From Candidatus Woesearchaeota archaeon (GTDB lineage Archaea; Nanobdellota; Nanobdellia; Woesearchaeales; SKGA01): a DNA stretch of 45,809 nucleotides. Made by a program: the position numbers and the translations under genes. Below, one piece after another: positions 6,953 through 15,236 of this stretch. The stretch's first letter is position 1. The number at the start of each line of letters is the position of its first letter. The notes beneath the pieces were generated by a model, which was not told the origin of the DNA, ran no database searches, and saw only the letters and a list, made by a program, of their open reading frames with translations. The stretch spans positions 1-45,809 of the forward strand of contig JBFXLI010000007.1 in the NCBI GenBank assembly GCA_050187915.1. Direction: 5' to 3'.

Positions 6953-8932
6953 TCATTTATATAATTCCATCATTAATTCTAGAAATGTTGCTGAACTCCA
7001 TGCTTGTGATTTTGTTCCACAGGATTCTTGTATTTCTGCAGATGATAATTCGCTTGCGTGTCCCATGAATCCTTGTTCTAATATGTCTTTTACTGATGCT
7101 TTTATTAATTTGTTTATGATTTCATGATATTTTTCTTTGTTTATTTTATATAATATTAATGCAGTTAAATTATTTACAAAATACCATGAATCTCCTCGAT
7201 GATAACTTTTGTTGTTTTCACCTGTGTATGTTAGTTGAAATAAACCATTATCTTTTGATATTGTTGTTATTCCTCCCCAAGATGTTAATAGATTTTCTAA
7301 ATAAAAATCAAAAATATTTTCCCATTGTTTTCTCTCAAATAAATTTGGGTAAATGTATGCTGCTAAAAATATATTGCATCTTATATTTTTGTCATAATTT
7401 TGTTCATTTAAATTTAATTCACTTATTTTGTTTGCATCTGTTATATAGTTTAAATTTAAATTTAATTCTTTAGGAGTTATTCTGTCTACTAATATTCCTT
7501 TAAAGTTTTTTAAAACAAATTTTTCTTTTATTTTATTTAATAATTGTTCTTTTGATTTTTTTAATTTAGATATTTCTTTTGATTCTATTAATTTTGCTAA
7601 TAATAATAGTGCATCGTGTAATGCTAAAAATAATGTTTGTATTTCTATGGAATAACCTGCTCTTCCATCGTCATTAAATGACGTATCCATCCATGTTTCA
7701 CATTTTGCATTTGCAAATAATGTTTGTTTTCCATAATTTTGTTTTGCATTTTGTAATCCTTGATATAATTTATCAAACCATAATCTTAAATCTTCATCTG
7801 ACATTAAGTCAAATAATATTTTTCTTTCATTAAGATGAGTTATGAAATCATAAACTCTTTTTCCGAGCCAACCAAATGCATCTATTGAACCTAGTGTTGT
7901 TTCTGGATAAAGACTAGGTAATCTTCCTTGAAGAGTTATAGAATTTATGTATCTTGATAATGTTTTTTTTACAAAATATAAATTGTGATTTTTTATTTCT
8001 TCTTCTGAATCAAATGTGTGAGATATTGAAATTTCATTTTGATAGTGTTGTGAAGAGGATATTAATCCTCCTAAAGTTATTAGTTCGTCTCTTGCCCAAA
8101 TTTGAAAAAACCAAGGTAAACCTGCATAAATTGCGTTGAATTGTTTGTAATTAAATTCAAATGAATTTATGAGTGAATTTAATGAATTAAATGCACATAT
8201 TGTAGTAATGTTTAAATTTTCATCGATTATATTGTTAAATTGTGGTGTTTGTTGTATTTGTGATGTATGTTTGAAATTTAATATTTCATCGAAGTGAAAG
8301 AATGCTATATCCGCTCTTGTTTTTGCTATGTTTTCTGTTTCTCCATAGCTAAATACTACATATGAATTTGCTGAAAATTCTAAAGCATCATATATCCAAA
8401 AATTACTTTGTGAATTTCTTTTTTTATCATCTGAATAGTTTATTTCTCGCCAATTATTTATTATATTTATGTCTTGTATTCCTTTTATTGCTATATAATT
8501 TTCTTTGTTTTCTTCTGTAAATTTTATAACTAGATAATTTTCTTCTTTTTTTATTTCAAAATTTCTTCCTATTTTGCTTGGTTCATGTATATTTCTGTTA
8601 TCTAAAGTTAATTTAATTTTTGATTTTAATTTTTGACAATTATACAACAAGGAATAATTATAAATAAGTAATATATCTTCTTCTTTGTTTTCAAATTTTC
8701 TTCTAATTCCATAAAATAGATTAGTTATTTCTGTTATTTTTCCTGCTTGAATTGGAGATATTGAATCTATAACTTTTCTTAAAATCCAATTTTTAGAATT
8801 GAAAATATACCAACCATTAAAGTTGCTATTTGGATTTATTGAAAAATAACTTCCATGGTTATTTGTAACTAAACAATTTTCGTTTCCTTCACATTCGTAG
8901 TCTTTATTTAAAATTTTATATTTTCGTTTCAT
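6953..8932 (-). CDS. Glycogen debranching enzyme / amylo-alpha-1,6-glucosidase family protein
   Basis: It contains the GDE C-terminal domain motifs YAGLPWFFQIWARDELITLGGL, HRGDSWYFVNN and SQAWSSATFLEL. Confidence 0.8.
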   Translation of the reverse strand: MKRKYKILNKDYECEGNENCLVTNNHGSYFSINPNSNFNGWYIFNSKNWILRKVIDSISPIQAGKITEITNLFYGIRRKFENKEEDILLIYNYSLLYNCQKLKSKIKLTLDNRNIHEPSKIGRNFEIKKEENYLVIKFTEENKENYIAIKGIQDINIINNWREINYSDDKKRNSQSNFWIYDALEFSANSYVVFSYGETENIAKTRADIAFFHFDEILNFKHTSQIQQTPQFNNIIDENLNITTICAFNSLNSLINSFEFNYKQFNAIYAGLPWFFQIWARDELITLGGLISSSQHYQNEISISHTFDSEEEIKNHNLYFVKKTLSRYINSITLQGRLPSLYPETTLGSIDAFGWLGKRVYDFITHLNERKILFDLMSDEDLRLWFDKLYQGLQNAKQNYGKQTLFANAKCETWMDTSFNDDGRAGYSIEIQTLFLALHDALLLLAKLIESKEISKLKKSKEQLLNKIKEKFVLKNFKGILVDRITPKELNLNLNYITDANKISELNLNEQNYDKNIRCNIFLAAYIYPNLFERKQWENIFDFYLENLLTSWGGITTISKDNGLFQLTYTGENNKSYHRGDSWYFVNNLTALILYKINKEKYHEIINKLIKASVKDILEQGFMGHASELSSAEIQESCGTKSQAWSSATFLELMMELYK

Positions 8933-10698
8933 TATTTATTTGATTCTAAAGCTTTATTGTGTGCTTGTATGTAATAAGTAATTAAGTTTTTCCAATCTGC
9001 ATGATAAGATAATTTGTGTGCATTCATTTTGCAAGCTACTCTTGCATGTCTGTTAAATGAAATATAATTTCTCATTAATTCAAATATTCTATCAGATGCA
9101 TCAAATACATTGTTTTGCCAATTGTATAAAAATACTCCTTGATATGTGCTTGGGAGTTTATCTTTTAAGAATTTTCCAAATCCTGCTTCTTCGGATGTTA
9201 TTGCAGGTACACCAAATGCTATTGATTCTAAAGGAGTATATCCCCATGGTTCATAAAGACTTGGAAATATTCCTAGATGTGATGCATTTACAATATCATA
9301 ATATTCCATATCTAAAAAGCTATCACTTCCATCTAAGTAATATGGAACCATTATTATTTTTACTTGGTCTTCAGAACGATTTAGTAATCCGTTTGCTTTT
9401 AGTTCATTTAATAGTGGGTCGTTTATTTCATCATAATTTAAATTATGAGAACAAAGTGGAGGTAGTCCATCTTTTTTCATTTTATAATAATGCATTTTTA
9501 ATGCTATGAGTTCTTCTTTGTCTAGTAGGTTACTTGGTTCTTTTTCAGATAATATTTCATATACTATTTTATTTTCAACTGATTCTGTTATAGTGTCCAT
9601 AAATTGTTTTATATCATCGTAATTATTTTCATTTTCTAATACTTCTTTTTTTGGGCCTTGAGAATTTGCAGCAACTAAAAATAACATAACTATATTTTGA
9701 TTTGAATTTGAAAGTTTAAGATAGTTATTTAGTTTTCCTAATGCTTTGGGTAATACGTTTAATCCTTTTGTTATAAATTCATATCTTCCACCGAAATAAA
9801 ATAACAAAGAATTTTCTACATCAAATGTGTAGTATGGGAAAAAATATGCTTTTATTTTTTCTTTTAATCTTCTTTTTAAATTTATGTGATTATAAGATGC
9901 TCTTTCAAAGTTTGGAAAATCTTCAATTAATAATCCGTTTGGTAAAATGTCAGGTAATCTATTGAAAAATTTATTGCATTCGTTTGCGGTGATGTCTGAA
10001 ACTGTTGTAAATACATCTGCGTTGTTTGCACAAGCGTGTTCTGTTGAATGTTTATCAATAATTCTTAGTTCTCTTGCTTTATCTATTGGATTTATTAAAT
10101 CAAGTATTCTTCTTAGTGCTTCTCCACTTTGAGATATGGATCGTCCTAGCATAGTTGCATGTGTTGTAAATACGGTTTTTACATTTGATTTATTTAATCT
10201 TAAATATAATAATGCAAAACCAGATAACCATTCATGAAAATGTCCTACGATTTTTTTATCATTGAATTTTTTTGCAACTTTGTCTAAAAATATTCCTACT
10301 GCCCATGACCATATTAGTGGTTCATTGAAATCATTTGCACAATTTAATGTGTCAACTTGAAAATTATTCCAAAGTGTTGTTTTTATATTATTTAAGTCGT
10401 GATATAATATTCTTCCATCTATTAAAATTGTTTTTGGAGCTCCTAATATATTCCATGTTCCATATACACATTTTATTCCTTGTGATTTTAATTCTGAAAA
10501 TATATCTTGAAATTCTTCTGGAGTTTCTTCTTTTGTGAAATCTAAAGGTAATTTGTCGAATAATGGACCTATTGAAATGTATTTTTTATAGAAGGATTGC
10601 ATTATTTTTGCTTTGGAACTTATAACTGTATATATTCCTCCACATTTGTTTGTAATTTCCCAGGATGCCTCAAATAGCATATCTGCATTTGCATTCAT
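8932..10698 (-). CDS. Glycogen synthase, eukaryote-type (GT3 family)
   Basis: Similarity to yeast/animal glycogen synthase runs along the whole length. Matching segments are FEASWEITNKCGGIYTV, VYGTWNILGAPKTILID, GHFHEWLSG, VFTTHATMLGR, ADVFTTVSDIT, FYFGGRYEF..KG and GIFPSLYEPWGYTPLESIAFGVPAITS. Confidence 0.85.
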   Translation of the reverse strand: MNANADMLFEASWEITNKCGGIYTVISSKAKIMQSFYKKYISIGPLFDKLPLDFTKEETPEEFQDIFSELKSQGIKCVYGTWNILGAPKTILIDGRILYHDLNNIKTTLWNNFQVDTLNCANDFNEPLIWSWAVGIFLDKVAKKFNDKKIVGHFHEWLSGFALLYLRLNKSNVKTVFTTHATMLGRSISQSGEALRRILDLINPIDKARELRIIDKHSTEHACANNADVFTTVSDITANECNKFFNRLPDILPNGLLIEDFPNFERASYNHINLKRRLKEKIKAYFFPYYTFDVENSLLFYFGGRYEFITKGLNVLPKALGKLNNYLKLSNSNQNIVMLFLVAANSQGPKKEVLENENNYDDIKQFMDTITESVENKIVYEILSEKEPSNLLDKEELIALKMHYYKMKKDGLPPLCSHNLNYDEINDPLLNELKANGLLNRSEDQVKIIMVPYYLDGSDSFLDMEYYDIVNASHLGIFPSLYEPWGYTPLESIAFGVPAITSEEAGFGKFLKDKLPSTYQGVFLYNWQNNVFDASDRIFELMRNYISFNRHARVACKMNAHKLSYHADWKNLITYYIQAHNKALESNK

Positions 10699-10724
10699 TG
10701 TCTCGTCCTCTTTTAATTTTTATT

Positions 10725-11639
10725 TTAATTATTTGTTAATAATTTTGATGGTTCATTTAATATTATTGGCTCCATCATTTCTTTTCCTTGTTTTATTAAT
10801 TCTACATTTTTTAGTTTATATGATAAATCATTTATTATATTCATCATTGAAATATAATTTTCATAATCTTGTTTTGTCATATGATTAATGTTTGAAGATA
10901 ATAATCTCCATTCTTGTAATATATTTTCATCATTTAATTTAGATATGTGTGGAAATATATTTGATAACTCTGATTGTATGTGGTTTTTTAATTCACAATT
11001 ATTGTTTTCATTTATTTCACTGAGTATGTTAGTTAGATTATTTAAATCGTTGGTTATTTTTTCTTGTGTTTTATTTGCAAAAAAACTTTGTGTTAATAAA
11101 ATATTTTCTTTATGAATTCCTGTTTGAAAATTTTCAATTACTAATTCGTTTTTTAATTTAAAATTTTTTAAAATTTCTTTGTTTTCAATAGGAGTATTTG
11201 TAATTATTGATTTTGGCATTCTTCTGAATACTTCTTTGACTAGATTACTATGTAGTTTTATTTGATAGTTTAATTCTTCATTTGACATTGTTTTAATATG
11301 TGAATTAAAATAAGGTTTGGTTGCTAATGAAATAAATCTTGATTTTGCAAATCTTCTTAAATTGTTTAATGTTTTAATTGAATTTTCTTTTAAGTAGTTT
11401 AATATATTTCCTGAAATAAGTAGAGTTATATTTTGAGAATTTTCTTTTATGAAATTTGATAAAGATTCTAATGCGTTATTTATTATTGGTTCTATTTCGT
11501 TTGAAATTATATATGTTGTTCTTCCTTCATCAAAATATGTTTTATTTGTTCCTAATTGAAATACATTCATATGTTGTAATTTTATTGGAGCTGTGAATGC
11601 TACTATCATTTGTTTTTCATTATTTGTTTTATTTTTCAT
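10725..11639 (-). CDS. Hypothetical protein in the glycogen operon
   Basis: This 304-aa ORF overlaps the upstream glycosyltransferase gene by 4 nt. No domain could be assigned by eye. Confidence 0.5.
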   Translation of the reverse strand: MKNKTNNEKQMIVAFTAPIKLQHMNVFQLGTNKTYFDEGRTTYIISNEIEPIINNALESLSNFIKENSQNITLLISGNILNYLKENSIKTLNNLRRFAKSRFISLATKPYFNSHIKTMSNEELNYQIKLHSNLVKEVFRRMPKSIITNTPIENKEILKNFKLKNELVIENFQTGIHKENILLTQSFFANKTQEKITNDLNNLTNILSEINENNNCELKNHIQSELSNIFPHISKLNDENILQEWRLLSSNINHMTKQDYENYISMMNIINDLSYKLKNVELIKQGKEMMEPIILNEPSKLLTNN

Positions 11640-12904
11640 GATAACATCCTCTCATACAAATTCTCACACTCTTTTGCTGGTTTTTTCCAATCTATTTTTT
11701 CTGCTTCTTTGAATGCTTCTTCTTTTATTGTTTTGTGAAGAAGTGGATATGCTAAAAGGCTTACGACATTTGATGCCATTTTTTCAACGTCCCAAAAATC
11801 ATTTATTAAAACGTGTTTTACTACTTCTGCAACTCCTGATTGTTTGCTTAATACAACTGGTGTTTTTTTAATCATTGCTTCAAGTGGAGTTACTCCAAAT
11901 GGTTCAAGTTGTGAGGGAAGAACAAAAACATCTGCTAAATCATATAATTTTTCTGCTTCTTCTCTTGTGTAAAATCCAAAGAAGTGAAATTTATTATCTA
12001 TTTTCAATTCTTTTGCTTTTTCTATACACTGATTTAATTGGTCTCCTGTTCCAGCCATTACAAAATATGTGTCAGGTTGTTGTTTTAAAACTAGATTTGC
12101 CATATCGACAAATCTTAATGGACCTTTCATTCCTGTTATTCTTCCTGCAAACATAACTACTTTTGCGGTTTCTGAATAATTTTCACCCATAAGCCAAATT
12201 TTGTCGGCATCTTTTCTTGGGTTCATTTTTATTCCGCCATTGTGTATTATTTCGATTTTATTTTCTGAGATTCCATATTGTTTTACAGTTTCTTTTATGA
12301 GATTGCTTATTGCGATAACTTTATCTGATTTTTCAAATCCTTCTTTTTCTATTTTGTAGATATCTGGATTCGCTGTGTTGTTTCCTGTTTTGTTGAATTC
12401 AGTTATATGTACATGAACTGCTAGGGGTTTTCCTGATAATTTTTTTAAAACTAAAGCTGCTGGAATTGTTGTCCAATCATGGGCATGAATTACGTCAAAA
12501 TCATCAAAAAGTCCATCTAAAAACATTTTTTCAACTCTTTTTGCAAAAAGTTCTATTTCTAAAAACATATCTTCTCCATATAATTTTGAAGTGTTGTTTT
12601 TGTTGTTTCCTAATGTGCTTGATTTAAATGTTAATTTTTCTAGTGTTTCTTTGTATTCTTTTTCAGTTTGATATGCAGATAAAATTGAATTAACTTTAGT
12701 GACTTTTATTGATTTAGATAATTTGATGTTTGGTGCATTTTTTGATGCGTTATAAATCTTTAAGAATTCTGGATTTAAATTGTCTGGACAAAATGGCATT
12801 ACATATTGAACTTCGACTCCATCTTCAGCAAGCTGTTTAGTAAGTTCATAGCAAACTGTTCCTACTCCTCCTGCGAAAAATGGTGGAAATTCCCATCCAA
12901 ACAT
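11636..12904 (-). CDS. Glycosyltransferase, glycogen/starch synthase-like (GT4/GT5 fold)
   Basis: It contains MFGWEFPPFFAGGVGTVCYELTKQLA, HAHDWTT and LPSQLEPFGVTPLEAM. The start was moved to the ATG at 12904, which has GAGGGTG just upstream. The track ORF extends to 12976. Confidence 0.75.
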   Translation of the reverse strand: MFGWEFPPFFAGGVGTVCYELTKQLAEDGVEVQYVMPFCPDNLNPEFLKIYNASKNAPNIKLSKSIKVTKVNSILSAYQTEKEYKETLEKLTFKSSTLGNNKNNTSKLYGEDMFLEIELFAKRVEKMFLDGLFDDFDVIHAHDWTTIPAALVLKKLSGKPLAVHVHITEFNKTGNNTANPDIYKIEKEGFEKSDKVIAISNLIKETVKQYGISENKIEIIHNGGIKMNPRKDADKIWLMGENYSETAKVVMFAGRITGMKGPLRFVDMANLVLKQQPDTYFVMAGTGDQLNQCIEKAKELKIDNKFHFFGFYTREEAEKLYDLADVFVLPSQLEPFGVTPLEAMIKKTPVVLSKQSGVAEVVKHVLINDFWDVEKMASNVVSLLAYPLLHKTIKEEAFKEAEKIDWKKPAKECENLYERMLS

Positions 12905-13158
12905 AAGCACCCTCACTTGTGCACACCTCTTTGTATTAATTATATAGTGATTACTATATTTGATATTTATAACCAAATTTAGTTCATACTATTGTCAAAT
13001 TGAATGTGTTATGAATTTAATATTTAAATAACTTTGTACTATTATGTATTTTTATTCTAATTTTATGATGATTTTGAGATTTATTTAATTTTTTAGTTAA
13101 ATAAATAAGTTAATTATTAAATAGAAAAACTTAAATACTAGTATAAATTAAAAATAAC

Positions 13159-13821
13159 ATGTCTGAACATATTTTATTTAGTAATTCCAAATTTGAAATT
13201 TTAAAAAAAGTTGCAGAAAAAGAACAATCTCCAACTGATTTATCACAGAAATTAGGATTCAGTGTTCCTTATGTTCATCAACAAATGGTTTTGTTGGAAG
13301 CTCAAGGTTTTATTAAAAAAAAGGTTCTTAAAGATGGGAGTAATGGAAAGCCTAAACAAATTTATAGACTTATTAATGAATTTGCAAATATAAGTTTAGT
13401 GAGAGAGGGGTTTGCTGAACAGTTTAAAATTTCAAAAGAAGGTTATACTTTGTTATATTTACAATTAATTTCAATGATGCCTTCTTCTAATTATTTTTTA
13501 TTTAGTAAGTATTATTGGCAAAATGTGGAAGAAATTTTTAAATTAAAATCTTTATCTTTGATTTCTTACGATGATGAAAAAATTGAACTTTTTGGAGTAG
13601 CTGATGCAAATGATGTTTTTGAACTTAGAAAGAAAATAAGTCATGTTAAGTTGAAAGATGTAAAAAATGAAGATAAAATTATTGTTTGTTGGGTAAATAC
13701 AGTTACTGAATGTCAAGAAGGTATTTTGAAAAAAGATAATTATTATTTATCACACATTACAAGAGCTAAAGTTTTGTTTGATAATGAAAATATTTTAAAA
13801 GAATTGAAGGAGGAAATATAA
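13159..13821 (+). CDS. Winged-helix (ArsR/MarR-like) transcriptional regulator with a C-terminal domain of unknown function
   Basis: The N-terminus ILKKVAEKEQSPTDLSQKLGFSVPYVHQQMVLLEAQGFIKKK looks like a wHTH. Confidence 0.55.
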   Translation: MSEHILFSNSKFEILKKVAEKEQSPTDLSQKLGFSVPYVHQQMVLLEAQGFIKKKVLKDGSNGKPKQIYRLINEFANISLVREGFAEQFKISKEGYTLLYLQLISMMPSSNYFLFSKYYWQNVEEIFKLKSLSLISYDDEKIELFGVADANDVFELRKKISHVKLKDVKNEDKIIVCWVNTVTECQEGILKKDNYYLSHITRAKVLFDNENILKELKEEI

Positions 13822-14087
13822 TGAATAAATTAGTTAAATTAATTGAAAATATGCCTCTTGAAGATTTAAAATTGCTTAAAAAGGATTTAGATGCTGGAAA
13901 TATAAATAAGTTAATTCATACTAGATTAGAATCTCAAATCAAGAACGAGACTGGAAATTGTCCGGTGTGTGGAGCTATAATTAAAAAAAATGAAAGTTTC
14001 GTTCTTGAATTTGGAAAAGAAATAAGAAAAAGAGCATACTTTGATGAATTAGATTGTCTTAATTATTTCTTAGGTAGATTGAAATAA
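13821..14087 (+). CDS. Small hypothetical protein with a CPVCG motif
   Basis: It is 88 aa. Its start overlaps the upstream stop (ATAATG), suggesting translational coupling. Confidence 0.45.
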   Translation: MNKLVKLIENMPLEDLKLLKKDLDAGNINKLIHTRLESQIKNETGNCPVCGAIIKKNESFVLEFGKEIRKRAYFDELDCLNYFLGRLK

Positions 14088-14091
14088 CAAT

Positions 14092-14913
14092 CTAATTCAA
14101 ATTTTTTTTCTTTTCATTTAGGTGTAAATAATTCTTTTTTGAAACAACTTTTTCACCCGTTTCTTTTTCTAATTGTTTTCTCGCCATTCCTGCAACTTTT
14201 CCACCTTTTTTTGCAGCAACTTTATTTTGATGAAAACCTTGTGCATCTTTTTTTCTTGCAATTTTAGTTGTAGATGCTTCTCCAAGCATTGTAAAAATCA
14301 GTTCTAAATCATCCATATGGTCTCTGAGATTTTCAGATTTTAAATCCTTGATTGTTTTATAAGTGTGTATTTCAATTCCAAATGTTGCTTTACTTATCTC
14401 ATTTGTAAGTATTGCATATTCTTTTCTTTCTTTTACTCCACGTTTTTTCCATTCATCTGTTAATTCATCCCTTATAGCTATTCCTCGGACACGTTTTTCT
14501 ATCCAATCATCAGAGTAACCTTTAGATTTGTAAATTTCTTTCATTCTTTTTTGAGCTAATTCAGGATTTTCTATTTCTTGTATTCTTTCATACCCTACTT
14601 TAGCTAGCCAAATTTTAAATGGTTCAGCTTTTTTAGAAGGAATTGATTGTATAATTCTAAATAATGATTTTGTGTTAGCACAATCAGTAAGGTATTTTTT
14701 CCCATCTGAGGACTCTAATTTCAGTTGTCGACAAATTGTCGATAACTCAATTCCTTCCTCAAATTCTCTTTTTTTAATTCTATACCAATAATCTTTTGGA
14801 TCTACACTCTCAGTTAATACTTCTACTATGTCTATGACTGAGAAATACCACTCATCATTGTACCAAATTCTTCTTATGCTTTTATCTTGAAAAACTACTA
14901 ATTTAAATTCCAT
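14092..14913 (-). CDS. Bro-N domain / DinD-like (DNA-damage-inducible protein D family) protein
   Basis: It contains FQDKSIRRIWYNDEWYFSVIDIVEVLTES, FKIWLAKVGYERIQEIENPELA and RGIAIRDELTDEWKKRG. Confidence 0.65.
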   Translation of the reverse strand: MEFKLVVFQDKSIRRIWYNDEWYFSVIDIVEVLTESVDPKDYWYRIKKREFEEGIELSTICRQLKLESSDGKKYLTDCANTKSLFRIIQSIPSKKAEPFKIWLAKVGYERIQEIENPELAQKRMKEIYKSKGYSDDWIEKRVRGIAIRDELTDEWKKRGVKERKEYAILTNEISKATFGIEIHTYKTIKDLKSENLRDHMDDLELIFTMLGEASTTKIARKKDAQGFHQNKVAAKKGGKVAGMARKQLEKETGEKVVSKKNYLHLNEKKKNLN

Positions 14914-14965
14914 AATTAAATAGTATTTAATTTATTTAAATACTTTGTTGCTAAATGTCCAGTGA

Positions 14966-15175
14966 TTATTTCTTAAAGAATCTTATTATTATCCAAATAT
15001 ATAATATTGCAAAAACTGCTATCCAATACCAAATAAACGTTTTTACAAAGTTTGAAATATATGCTCCTATTATTATACCAAAAATTATTAAACATGTTTT
15101 TATTAAAGCAAAGTTCCAAAATGTAACTTTTTTAATTTTTTTGTTGAACCAATTTTCAAGTTTTTTCATACACAT
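14966..15175 (-). CDS. Small two-TM membrane protein
   Basis: The start was set at the internal ATG (MCMKKLENWF...), which has AGGTGA 5 nt upstream. The hydrophobic core is LIIFGIIIGAYISNFVKTFIWYWIAVFAILYIWIII. Confidence 0.5.
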   Translation of the reverse strand: MCMKKLENWFNKKIKKVTFWNFALIKTCLIIFGIIIGAYISNFVKTFIWYWIAVFAILYIWIIIRFFKK

Positions 15176-15236
15176 GATATTCACCTTAAGTAATATTCTA
15201 GAAATTAAAGTATTTAAAGTTTTGTTTATTATAAAT

